NCBI GenBank assembly: GCA_043823745.1
Contig: JBDRAN010000005.1
Location: 4,459-68,458 of the forward strand
DNA from: Candidatus Omnitrophota bacterium
Lineage (GTDB): Bacteria; Omnitrophota; Gorgyraeia; Duberdicusellales; 4484-171
DNA length: 64,000 bases
Direction of reading: 5' to 3'
Below the pieces are notes generated by a model. The model saw only the letters and a list, made by a program, of their open reading frames with translations. It was not told the origin of the DNA and did no database searches. The translations under genes were made by a program, and so were the position numbers. Shown in pieces: positions 9,339-18,458 of this stretch; within the stretch, counting starts at the first letter, position 1, and every line of letters begins with the position of its first letter.

Positions 9339-9965
9339 TTATTTAAACACGTATTTAAGCACCAGGAACCCTCCGACCAACAGCACCAGAAAAAGAATCG
9401 AGATAATATCAAAATATTTTTCTATTGAATCTTCGATTCTTTTCCCAAAAATCCTCAAAGCTCCGGCTACCAAAAAAAACCTGCCGGCGCGGCCTACGAT
9501 AGACGCGGCCAGGAGCGTGGCGATAGGAATCTTGAAGAGACCTGCGGTAATAGTAATCGCTTTATACGGTATCGGAGTAAACGCCGCGGAGAAAATAGTA
9601 AAAAAAGCGTTGGCCGCGTACATCCGCCCGAGCTTTTCAACCGTTGCCTGCATGTGGTAGGTTTCAACGATAAACTTTCCAACCGTCTCATAAAGACCCC
9701 AGCCAATACAATAGCCAAAAAGCGCACCGACGACTGAGCCGAAGGTGCATATCAATGAATACCGGATCCAACGCTTACGCTGGGCCATAACCATGGCGAT
9801 CAAGAGCACGTCAGGCGGGACCGGGAAAAAAGAACTTTCAATGAATGCAATCCCGAACAGCGCGTAAGGCGCCTGTTTGGTCTTTGCCCAATGTAACGTC
9901 CAATCGTACATCGCTCTAAACCAGCGAACCGGGGTTTTCACAACATACACAATTTTATTCTTCAC
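9339..9965 (-). CDS. DedA/YqaA-family membrane protein
   Basis: 208 aa, 4-5 TM, with an ESSFFPVPPD-type motif characteristic of the DedA/YqaA family. Confidence 0.6.
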   Translation of the reverse strand: MKNKIVYVVKTPVRWFRAMYDWTLHWAKTKQAPYALFGIAFIESSFFPVPPDVLLIAMVMAQRKRWIRYSLICTFGSVVGALFGYCIGWGLYETVGKFIVETYHMQATVEKLGRMYAANAFFTIFSAAFTPIPYKAITITAGLFKIPIATLLAASIVGRAGRFFLVAGALRIFGKRIEDSIEKYFDIISILFLVLLVGGFLVLKYVFK

Positions 9966-9990
9966 GCTCTTTTCTCCTCATAAATCGATA

Positions 9991-10644
9991 TCACGCGTCG
10001 CGGAAACCGTATTTTCCTATCAAAGGAACAAAGACACAACGACAGAGCTCCTGCTGCCTGTTGTGTGTTACAGAAACTTTTTCAACTACCGTAAGCGCCT
10101 GCGTAAACTCATCCCCCACCGGGATAACCATCCTGCCGCCAATGACAAGTTGATCGCTCCAGGCATCGGGTATCATAGGCGCAGCTGCGGTAACAATAAT
10201 TTTATCATACGGCGCCTGAGCCGGCCACCCCAATGTGCCATCGGCCGTTTCTATTATCACTCGATAACCGAGCTCCCCAAGCACCACGGCCGCCGATTGC
10301 GCGAGATGACCGATACGCTCAACGCTGTAAACAACCACCCCAAGCTCTGCCAAGAGCGCCGTCTGATACCCTGAGCCCGTGCCTATTTCAAGCACGCGAT
10401 CGCCGGAGGCGACCGACAACGCCTCGATCATCAATGCAACGATATAAGGCTGCGAAATAGTCTGACCGTGACCGATCGATAACGGATAATCTTCATACGC
10501 CAGAGGCCGCTGGACCTGGGGCACAAAAAGATGCCGCGGAACATGGCGAAATGCCGCACAAACGCGCTCGTCGGTAATCCCGCGCGCGATGATCTGACGC
10601 GCCACCATCTCCTCGCGTAGCCGCTCGTATTGATCAGGTTTCAT
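9991..10644 (-). CDS. pcm: protein-L-isoaspartate O-methyltransferase
   Basis: VLEIGTGSGYQTALLA SAM-binding motif and overall PIMT length and pattern. Confidence 0.9.
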   Translation of the reverse strand: MKPDQYERLREEMVARQIIARGITDERVCAAFRHVPRHLFVPQVQRPLAYEDYPLSIGHGQTISQPYIVALMIEALSVASGDRVLEIGTGSGYQTALLAELGVVVYSVERIGHLAQSAAVVLGELGYRVIIETADGTLGWPAQAPYDKIIVTAAAPMIPDAWSDQLVIGGRMVIPVGDEFTQALTVVEKVSVTHNRQQELCRCVFVPLIGKYGFRDA

Positions 10645-11302
10645 GATTAAGTAAAAAAATAAAACGTAAAAACCTCAACGTATCCACGATCGGCCTGATC
10701 TTTGAACGCTGACCTTTAAAATAAATACTCTCGATTGAAACGCTTGAAATAGCGTAACCCTTGCGCGCGGCCTTGACAAGAATCTCCGACTCTACTTCAA
10801 ACTTGCTGGTTGTTATTTTGATTGCCTCAAGGATCGTACGGCTAATAAGGCGAAATCCACATTGCGTATCCGGGATCTTCTGGCCTGCGAGGCGCGAAAG
10901 AAACCACGACATACATTTATTGGTGATAACGCGTATGCCCGGCATACTGCCATGATTATTCATGCGATTCCCCACAACAAAATTTTCCCCTGCCGCAGCC
11001 CGTGAAAAAAATGCATCAAGGTCACGGGGAGCATGCTGCCCATCCGCATCCATAGTGACCAAATAATCAAAATCTTTTCTCTCCAAAAGATACACAATTC
11101 CTCGTTTAAGCGATAAACCCTTACCGCGATTGACGTCGTTGCGCAGAACCACCGTTGCGTATCGAATGGCAATCTGGTAGGTTGCGTCAACGCTGCCATC
11201 ATCAACGACCACAACGGAAAGTTTTTTTTCCGCTAATTCCTGCAGTAGCCGCGCAAGCGCTGCTGCCTCGTTGTATGCGGGGATTAAGACCCAAATATTC
11301 AT
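10634..11302 (-). CDS. family 2 glycosyltransferase (dolichyl-phosphate/polyprenyl-phosphate sugar transferase-like)
   Basis: IPAYNEA start, DDGSVD, DADGQH (DxD) motifs. Confidence 0.85.
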   Translation of the reverse strand: MNIWVLIPAYNEAAALARLLQELAEKKLSVVVVDDGSVDATYQIAIRYATVVLRNDVNRGKGLSLKRGIVYLLERKDFDYLVTMDADGQHAPRDLDAFFSRAAAGENFVVGNRMNNHGSMPGIRVITNKCMSWFLSRLAGQKIPDTQCGFRLISRTILEAIKITTSKFEVESEILVKAARKGYAISSVSIESIYFKGQRSKIRPIVDTLRFLRFIFLLNHET

Positions 11303-11361
11303 AATGTTAGCTCTCAGCCGTCAGCCATCAGCTTTTCCTATCTGCAATCCTTCCTACGAAC

Positions 11362-12201
11362 CTACTCCTTCCAATACTTCTGAAACACATACCACTGTTC
11401 AGGATATTGCTCGATATATCGCTCAAGGATCTTCGCGTACGCACTCATAATACACGATTCGATATCCGGGCAAACTACATCATAGACGATCGGTTTCTCT
11501 ATGATGAGCCGGTAATAATATTTTTTATCCCGTACAAAAAAACAAGGGATAACGGCGGCGGCGGTCTTACGCGCAAAAAATGCGGCGCCGCGCGGAAGCA
11601 AGCAGGAACGTGAAAAAATCTGCGCCGATGACCCCTCACGAGTAAAATCACGATCACCGAGTACCCCTACAATACCTCCCTGCTTGAGTATTTGGATACA
11701 CCGTTTGACCGTGATGCCGGTAGAAACAACTCGTAACCCGGCCAGCTCCCTCTGCCTGACAAAAAAATGAGTAAGGCGCTCATCGCTATGAGGCAACGCA
11801 ATAACATGACAAGGGTAACCTCGGAGAGCCACAACCGCACCTCCAAGTTCATAATTACCCAGATGTGCGCTTACGACGATAACGCCTTTTTTCTCCTGAA
11901 GAGCTTTGTCTAGATATTCGAGGCCTTCGATGCGTACGTAGCGCTCGATAAACTGCGCATTAAGCTTCGCGTAACGAAAAAAATCAGAAAGATAATACGC
12001 GAAGTTTATAAAAACTTCTCGCGCAGAATGCCGTAAGCAAGGAACCGAGCCAAGAACCGGCGTAAGATTATATATAACGTTATTACGATCCTTGGAAGAA
12101 CAATGAAATTGAATAATCGCAAGAATTCGAGCGACCGCGTAGCAAAGTTTTCGAGGTAATGCCAGTGCGAGCTTTCTTCCGATAATAAATAAATAATACA
12201 T
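11362..12201 (-). CDS. lipid A biosynthesis lauroyl/myristoyl acyltransferase (LpxL/HtrB family)
   Basis: Acyltransferase HX4D-like region (SAHLGNYE) and LpxL-family length and pattern. This implies an outer membrane. Confidence 0.75.
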   Translation of the reverse strand: MYYLFIIGRKLALALPRKLCYAVARILAIIQFHCSSKDRNNVIYNLTPVLGSVPCLRHSAREVFINFAYYLSDFFRYAKLNAQFIERYVRIEGLEYLDKALQEKKGVIVVSAHLGNYELGGAVVALRGYPCHVIALPHSDERLTHFFVRQRELAGLRVVSTGITVKRCIQILKQGGIVGVLGDRDFTREGSSAQIFSRSCLLPRGAAFFARKTAAAVIPCFFVRDKKYYYRLIIEKPIVYDVVCPDIESCIMSAYAKILERYIEQYPEQWYVFQKYWKE

Positions 12202-12243
12202 GTTTTACGTGCACGCCTTTAGGCTATCGGGGTCACCGGACCG

Positions 12244-13353
12244 CTAAAGCCCCAGTACCATATCCGCAATACGCAACGAAGAATCAATAAACGAAACCTT
12301 CCGGGCATTCAACTTCAACACCGAAAGCTTCTGTCGATCGCCAAGGAGGTCCTCGACCGAACGGATAACGGCAGGGATACCATCAGCATGAACGATTGCC
12401 CCGCGCGACGAAAGATATCGTACGTTATGCTCCTCCTGGCCCGGAATAGGCTGGATCGTAACGATCGCAAGGCCTTTCGCTAAGGCCTCCGAAATCGTAA
12501 TGCCGCCCGCTTTCGTAATGATAATGTCAGCGCAATCCATCAGCCGCGCGATCGCATCGGTATAGGCAAGGCACGTGATGGGCTTGGTGAACGTCGATGT
12601 ATGCTTCTTAAACCACGAGTATAACTTTTTATTTTTCCCGCAGACGATAATCATTTGGAACGTCCCCGGTAACGCATCAAGCTGGGAAGCAATTTTCTCC
12701 ATAGGCCCAAGCCCCCAACCTCCACCCATGATAAGCACCGTCGGAACATCCGCGCGTAAACCAAAGTCTGCGGCAGCTTCGATGCGGCTACATGCAGTCA
12801 TAAATTTTACGGAAATCGGTATTCCTAAAAGCTCAATTTTCGAGGCCGCGACCCCCTCCGCAACAAGACTTTCGCGTGCCGCGTCACAGGCAACAATATA
12901 TTTATCGACCGCCGGATGAATCCAAAAACGATGTGGATGATAGTCGGTAACCACCGCGAGTAAGGGGATATCCAGGGAATGGCTGGCTTTAAAGTCAGCG
13001 ACAATACCGCACGGAAATGCCTGTGTAGCAATAAAACAATCGGGCCTAAACTCGTCAATAAGGGCCGACAATTTTGAAAACGTGAGCCGGTTGATACACG
13101 CGCGAAAAGGATTTAAGCGACGCACCAGAGTTTTACGATCATACAACCTTCCCCAAAGCCAAGAAACATGTTTAATGACAAACGCGTACACCGCATCAAC
13201 GAACCGTTCACTCCATGGATAAAAATACCCAAAGCCATTAAGGCTGCGTACGGCCAGGTCCGGTTTTCGATATAAGAGGGCTTCCTTAATGTTTTGCGCG
13301 GCCTTGCTATGACCGCCGAAGTCAGAAATATGAAAAATAAGAACGCGCTTCAT
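12244..13353 (-). CDS. GT28-family glycosyltransferase, MGDG-synthase/UgtP-like (diacylglycerol glycosyltransferase)
   Basis: MGDG-synthase-like N-terminal domain plus a C-terminal GT-B nucleotide-sugar motif (IITKAGGITISEAL). Confidence 0.7.
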   Translation of the reverse strand: MKRVLIFHISDFGGHSKAAQNIKEALLYRKPDLAVRSLNGFGYFYPWSERFVDAVYAFVIKHVSWLWGRLYDRKTLVRRLNPFRACINRLTFSKLSALIDEFRPDCFIATQAFPCGIVADFKASHSLDIPLLAVVTDYHPHRFWIHPAVDKYIVACDAARESLVAEGVAASKIELLGIPISVKFMTACSRIEAAADFGLRADVPTVLIMGGGWGLGPMEKIASQLDALPGTFQMIIVCGKNKKLYSWFKKHTSTFTKPITCLAYTDAIARLMDCADIIITKAGGITISEALAKGLAIVTIQPIPGQEEHNVRYLSSRGAIVHADGIPAVIRSVEDLLGDRQKLSVLKLNARKVSFIDSSLRIADMVLGL

Positions 13354-14621
13354 GGCTCCTTATAACCATCGCGCGCGCGCGAAACATCCCGCGTCCGATC
13401 GCCTCGTGATACAGCCTGACGGGTTTTCCGAACGCGATGAGGGTATATTTTTAAAAACGCATCAACCACGCACGGCGTAAACTGTCTGCCTTTATTTTTC
13501 TTGATTTCGTCGATTGCCGACTGAAGGCTTAACGCTTTCTGGTAAGGCCGGTCAATAGTCATCGCGTCAAAAGAATCGGCGAGGGCGATAATCGAGGCGA
13601 TGAGCGGGATTTGCTGCTTTTTAAGCCCCGCAGGATAGCCGCTACCATCATACCGTTCATGATGGTATCTGACCCCCAACAAGACATCTTTAAATTCCTC
13701 GACCTGCTGCAAAATATTCGCGCCAATAAGCGGATGCTGTTGAATAATAAGGCGCTCTTGGTGATTTAATGACGAGACTTTGCAAAGAATACTTTCCGGA
13801 ACTCCTATTTTTCCGATATCATGCAAGAGAGCCGCGGTGCGCACATCCTGTAAGAACTTCTCACTATTATCAGGACGGAGCCGACCACGCAGATTATTCG
13901 CAATAGCAAGAGCGTGTTTGACGACCCGCTCGGTATGCCCAATGGTATATTTATCTTTTGCTTCGATGCTTGACGCAAGCGCTGCGACCGTCTGAACAAA
14001 AAGACGCTTATTGAGCGCAAGCTGGTGATTAAGGTCCTCGATGAGCCATGCATTCTTAAGCGACATCACCACATCGCTTGACAAGACCGAAAGTACATCT
14101 AACTCTTCAGGATTCAACGCGCGATTGTTCTTCTTTGCTCCCAAAAAAAGAAGGCCAATCAAATCTTTTCTAAAAAAACCCGGTATGCACGCACACGCGC
14201 CATACAAAGAAAGATTAACCTCAAGGCTTTCAAGGAAATTTTTTACGCGCTTATCGCGCTTGGCGCGCGAATGCCGCTTGAGACCCCCGATACGCTCGAG
14301 CAACAAATTATCTTTCGTGAAAGGAAGTGTCTTATCGGTAAAATAGCGAATAAGGGGATTATGGGGCCGTATCTTGGCAAAACCCGCCGGAATCCGCATG
14401 CCGGAAGCACCTCGGGAAAACTGTGCTACATATTCTTTGCGATTCTTATCATAAATGAACATGCCCGCGTGCAAAAGTCCCATATTAGTTACAATCGTGC
14501 GTAAAATCATACGCACAAGAGTATCTGCACGATGATACAGAATCGTCTGACGGGCAGCTTTCTCCAGATACGTTAGGTGTGAAGATCTCATATTGCCATC
14601 GTATGGCTCACCGATACTCAC
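13350..14621 (-). CDS. HD-GYP domain c-di-GMP phosphodiesterase with N-terminal sensory (GAF-like) region
   Basis: LHDIGKIGVPESIL (HD) and HHERYDGSGYP (GYP) motifs. GTG start at 14621, with an alternative ATG 10 codons in. Confidence 0.85.
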   Translation of the reverse strand: MSIGEPYDGNMRSSHLTYLEKAARQTILYHRADTLVRMILRTIVTNMGLLHAGMFIYDKNRKEYVAQFSRGASGMRIPAGFAKIRPHNPLIRYFTDKTLPFTKDNLLLERIGGLKRHSRAKRDKRVKNFLESLEVNLSLYGACACIPGFFRKDLIGLLFLGAKKNNRALNPEELDVLSVLSSDVVMSLKNAWLIEDLNHQLALNKRLFVQTVAALASSIEAKDKYTIGHTERVVKHALAIANNLRGRLRPDNSEKFLQDVRTAALLHDIGKIGVPESILCKVSSLNHQERLIIQQHPLIGANILQQVEEFKDVLLGVRYHHERYDGSGYPAGLKKQQIPLIASIIALADSFDAMTIDRPYQKALSLQSAIDEIKKNKGRQFTPCVVDAFLKIYPHRVRKTRQAVSRGDRTRDVSRARDGYKEP

Positions 14622-14626
14622 CAGTA

Positions 14627-14989
14627 TTACAAAATATACTGCTTAACTTTTCTATCGAGCTCCTCAAGGTCAAGCGGCTTGGTAATATAATCAAACGCTC
14701 CATACTTTTTTGCCCGTTCCTGGTATTCTTTTTCTTCTTTGCCGGTAATCATCATAACGCGCGAAAGTGGGTTTATTCTCTTTATTTCCTTAAGAACCGA
14801 AAGCCCATCTTTATCCGGCATGGTAACGTCAAGAAATGTACAATCGGGATGATGCATATTGTATGACTCAATTGCTGCGGCACCGCTGGTTGCTTTCACA
14901 ACATCAATTCCATGTCTTTGAAGGAACCGCTCCAGAAAATCGACCACCTCCGGCTCATCGTCAACAATCAAAACTTTTTTTCGCATCAT
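14627..14989 (-). CDS. stand-alone response-regulator receiver (CheY-like)
   Basis: VLIVDDE, phospho-acceptor Asp context (FLDVTMPDKDG) and a conserved Lys (YITKP). Confidence 0.9.
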   Translation of the reverse strand: MMRKKVLIVDDEPEVVDFLERFLQRHGIDVVKATSGAAAIESYNMHHPDCTFLDVTMPDKDGLSVLKEIKRINPLSRVMMITGKEEKEYQERAKKYGAFDYITKPLDLEELDRKVKQYIL

Positions 14990-15081
14990 TCCTCCGTTCG
15001 CGATACACCGTGCCTATCAAGGGAGCCTGCCATCCAAGAAAAAAATGATTCTCTGAACAAACACTGTCCACATGAGAAAAC

Positions 15082-16443
15082 TTATATCAAATTAAGATAC
15101 GCCGCGCCTTCGACTAACGGGTTAAGCGCACCTTCTATGGATACGCTATCTTTTAGGAACCAAAGATCTATGAGCTCACGTTGTGACCCTTCAGAAATTA
15201 TCTCGACTTTTGGCAGCCAAATATCACCGGGATTTTGTTCCCGAACGATGCCAATCCGGCCGTCAACAAGCCTTACGATGGTACCCTTAGGCCAGATACC
15301 GAGTGACGCAAAGAAACGTTCCAGAAGGTTAGGATCAAAAAAATCACCTTTCTTTTTCATCATGATATCGTAAATCATATTGGGCGGATAATCACGTTTA
15401 TAGGTGCGCCGCTGAGTAAGGGCATCATACACATCGCAGATCGAGACGATTAAAGAAACCACATGAGGCTTATGAGCAAATCTGGTCTTAGGATATCCCG
15501 ATAAATCATAGCCGCGATGGTGCTCAAGCGCAACCACAAAAGGAAGGATCCCCATCGTATCAACATATTTGAGCAGAAACTCAGCGCCAAAACTAGTGTG
15601 GCTCTGGACTACCCTATATTCCTCGTCGGTAAGCTTTTTCGGCTTTTTGATAATCCGGGAAAGGTATATTTTACCGATATCGTGGAACAGCGCCGCGATA
15701 CCAACATCAAGAACGTCCTCTCTCGTAAACCCCAGTTGCGAAGAAAAGTACATTGAAAGTATCGATGTATTCAACAGGTGGATAAACGTAGCTAAATCAT
15801 ATTTCTTTGCGGCGCTCAACTTTAAAAATTCGCTATACCGACTAAGTAAACCCTCCATCACGTCAACAATATTTGTACGTAATTGCAAATAATCAACACC
15901 TTCGCCGCTGAGCAATGTGTCAATATAGCCCGGAAGCTCCTCAAGCGATCGTTCGTAACGGTAGAATGCCTTATCTGCGGAAGATAAACCGTCACCGGCG
16001 CCCTCGTTTTCCCGAAAGCCTTTGATTTTGCCGATCGAAATATTTTTTACCCCTAAACTCGAAAGATAATCCTGAAGGTCCTTCCCTCCTGCCACATATG
16101 AATCGATTTTTTCTTCAGGAAGTGCTATGAACGCAATAAATTCGATTAATTCCTCTTTGCTGACACCCCGCGAAACAACAAGCCGCTCGATATGGCGACG
16201 AGAAAGATGTTGGATTACTCCTTTTATTTTTTTGCTTAAATCAAAAAATATCTCTTTATCGCAGGCCAATTCATCGCCAACAATCCCCACCACAAACTCA
16301 TCGCGAACCACAAGCACTCGCTCAAAACTATCATGAGCTCTCGTAATCGCTTCAGCAAAAAGAGGGTGCTGTTGCGTGTAGATTTTCATTACCTGCAAGG
16401 CTACCGAGAAGTCCCTCAATGCCTTTTCAATAATTTCATACAT
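15082..16443 (-). CDS. HD-GYP domain c-di-GMP phosphodiesterase with DUF3391-like N-terminal domain
   Basis: FHDIGKIYLS and HHRGYDLSGYP motifs. The N-terminus (ALQVMKIYTQQHPLFAEAI) resembles the N-terminus of the adjacent 641-aa protein. Confidence 0.85.
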   Translation of the reverse strand: MYEIIEKALRDFSVALQVMKIYTQQHPLFAEAITRAHDSFERVLVVRDEFVVGIVGDELACDKEIFFDLSKKIKGVIQHLSRRHIERLVVSRGVSKEELIEFIAFIALPEEKIDSYVAGGKDLQDYLSSLGVKNISIGKIKGFRENEGAGDGLSSADKAFYRYERSLEELPGYIDTLLSGEGVDYLQLRTNIVDVMEGLLSRYSEFLKLSAAKKYDLATFIHLLNTSILSMYFSSQLGFTREDVLDVGIAALFHDIGKIYLSRIIKKPKKLTDEEYRVVQSHTSFGAEFLLKYVDTMGILPFVVALEHHRGYDLSGYPKTRFAHKPHVVSLIVSICDVYDALTQRRTYKRDYPPNMIYDIMMKKKGDFFDPNLLERFFASLGIWPKGTIVRLVDGRIGIVREQNPGDIWLPKVEIISEGSQRELIDLWFLKDSVSIEGALNPLVEGAAYLNLI

Positions 16444-16486
16444 ACGACACTATCCCATCCTCGTTATTACGCGCCTGCCCAAACTC

Positions 16487-18412
16487 TTAACCGTCAACAC
16501 CCGCCTGCCACCGCGCCAGAACTGCTTTAATGTCCCGGCACAACGAAATATTCCAGAACGATTTTTTTGTAAAAGCCAGAAGTATGGAGGCTGCCTCAAC
16601 AAGATTTAACTCCTGTATAATCCGTAAATTTTGGCGTACGCGAGCGTTGCGGATACCGAACGGATTAAAGATATTAAGAAGTGTGCTGATGGCGCGCATC
16701 ATTGCACTGTCGCTGCGGCGAACGATCGTCAATGCTTGCTTTTTTGAAAAAGTATCCCCTGTTCTTAAAATTATATGCATAAAATCCTCATCGAACACGG
16801 AAATATACTGCATCGCATTCAAAATCTCCCGTTTGAGCATCGGTCCCGAAAAAGAATACATAAAGCGTAATACCTGAAGGCTTGCCGGCCGATCAACCTC
16901 ACCGAGAGATTCGATGATTTTTTTCAAATAGACAGTATCAACATACTTCCGGCGCAAAGCGTTACACAACGCCTCGGTCCCGCCAGGAAAGAATATAAAG
17001 AATAATTCGAGGATCTCGGGCTGCGCTTTCGCTTCTTCGACAATTTTCCGCACATAAAAAAAACTATCGTGGTGACTCGTCGTAAACGCCCGTATAAATA
17101 ACTTCTTCTCGGGCAACAGGCCTCCGGATAATACAAAATCTTCAAGCAAAACGGAAAGATGGTTATAAATAGCCTTAAAGTCACGATGCACGCCTTCGCG
17201 CTCCAATTGAAAAAGAAACTCAAGGATAACCTCGATCGCTGCAAAATCGCGCGCATGAACCAGCTCATACAATTCCGCTATAATTTTTTCGCGTGCGCGT
17301 GTAATAACAAACGCTGATGACTCAGTCCCGAATAAATCAAGTAACGCAAAACGATAATTCCGACTTAATTCCACACGGTCAAAAACAACGGTGCTTTCAT
17401 TGAGTGTTGTATCAAGGAGCGGCGCGAAGACGTTTCGGTATACCTCAAGAATGAAAGGGGTAGTTACCTCGGTGAGTAGCTCCCTGACCTTCTTCTTCAT
17501 CCGGGGAGTCGCCTCTTTGCTGCGGGCGGAAACCACACCAGTCAAAATAGACGCAATTTTCCCGTGTCGTTCTCGATCGATAAGGCGGCTAAAGAGATTG
17601 AAACTCGCCGTATCAAAATCCTCAGCGGAAAGCACCTGCTCACCCAGAATATGGGCAAAGTCCTCGTCGCTGATTTTCGCAAATAGTGATTTCAGTTTTT
17701 CAAGTTTTTCTTCCGATGGAACGCTCTTATCCCTCAAGATCGCTTTCCCAAGCTCGCGCGAACAGGCATGGAACTTCTCTTTCTCGACATGTTTCAGATA
17801 ATCGAGAAACATCATTACATTTTCGCGTAAACTGTCGCGGTCGATAAAGTCTTGTATTTTAAATTTTCCAAGAATTTTCGGAAAGTTATCGGCCAGCGCA
17901 TTAATATCTTTTGTGTCGCGCCGCGTGACAGCTGAACCCAACAGGAAAGTCCAGATATCTTTATACTCCTCTCCCTCTCCGACGAGAAGTTGCGAATAAT
18001 CAAGCTCTTCAACCGTGATGGTAGAAATTCCCGCGTGATGGATCATGCGGACAATACCACCCTGCGCAAAGACTTCACGGGGAGACCGAGCGACAATATT
18101 GATAAATGAGGCAAGTTCTCCAGGGGTGGTACACGGAGAAAACTCAACCGTTTTGAGTTTGCGCGAATGAAACATCTCTGCCAATTCGCGATACACACGC
18201 ATACCCTCAAAGGGCATACCTGCAATATGCAAGGAATGAGGAGCGATATCGACACGTAACGGAATTTCCAGCGAAACCGCAGTGGTTATACGGGCATACA
18301 GGTCGTCTATCGCGCGAATAAACATAGGATGCTCAATAAAATAGGTAGCCGCATGGTTGAGTGTAATTCGTAAATTTTTAAGTAATTCCTCTAGGGCTTC
18401 TGCCTTATCCAT
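16487..18412 (-). CDS. 641-aa all-helical protein of unknown function; N-terminus paralogous to HD-GYP N-domain, no catalytic motif seen
   Basis: Long ORF with SD. The N-terminal ~60 aa (LNHAATYFIEHPMFIRAIDDL) parallels the N-terminus of ORF 15082..16443. No HD, GGDEF or EAL motif found. Confidence 0.7.
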   Translation of the reverse strand: MDKAEALEELLKNLRITLNHAATYFIEHPMFIRAIDDLYARITTAVSLEIPLRVDIAPHSLHIAGMPFEGMRVYRELAEMFHSRKLKTVEFSPCTTPGELASFINIVARSPREVFAQGGIVRMIHHAGISTITVEELDYSQLLVGEGEEYKDIWTFLLGSAVTRRDTKDINALADNFPKILGKFKIQDFIDRDSLRENVMMFLDYLKHVEKEKFHACSRELGKAILRDKSVPSEEKLEKLKSLFAKISDEDFAHILGEQVLSAEDFDTASFNLFSRLIDRERHGKIASILTGVVSARSKEATPRMKKKVRELLTEVTTPFILEVYRNVFAPLLDTTLNESTVVFDRVELSRNYRFALLDLFGTESSAFVITRAREKIIAELYELVHARDFAAIEVILEFLFQLEREGVHRDFKAIYNHLSVLLEDFVLSGGLLPEKKLFIRAFTTSHHDSFFYVRKIVEEAKAQPEILELFFIFFPGGTEALCNALRRKYVDTVYLKKIIESLGEVDRPASLQVLRFMYSFSGPMLKREILNAMQYISVFDEDFMHIILRTGDTFSKKQALTIVRRSDSAMMRAISTLLNIFNPFGIRNARVRQNLRIIQELNLVEAASILLAFTKKSFWNISLCRDIKAVLARWQAGVDG

Positions 18413-18458
18413 GACAACACCTTAATCGAGACACGGTAGCATAAACACCTACCGGACG

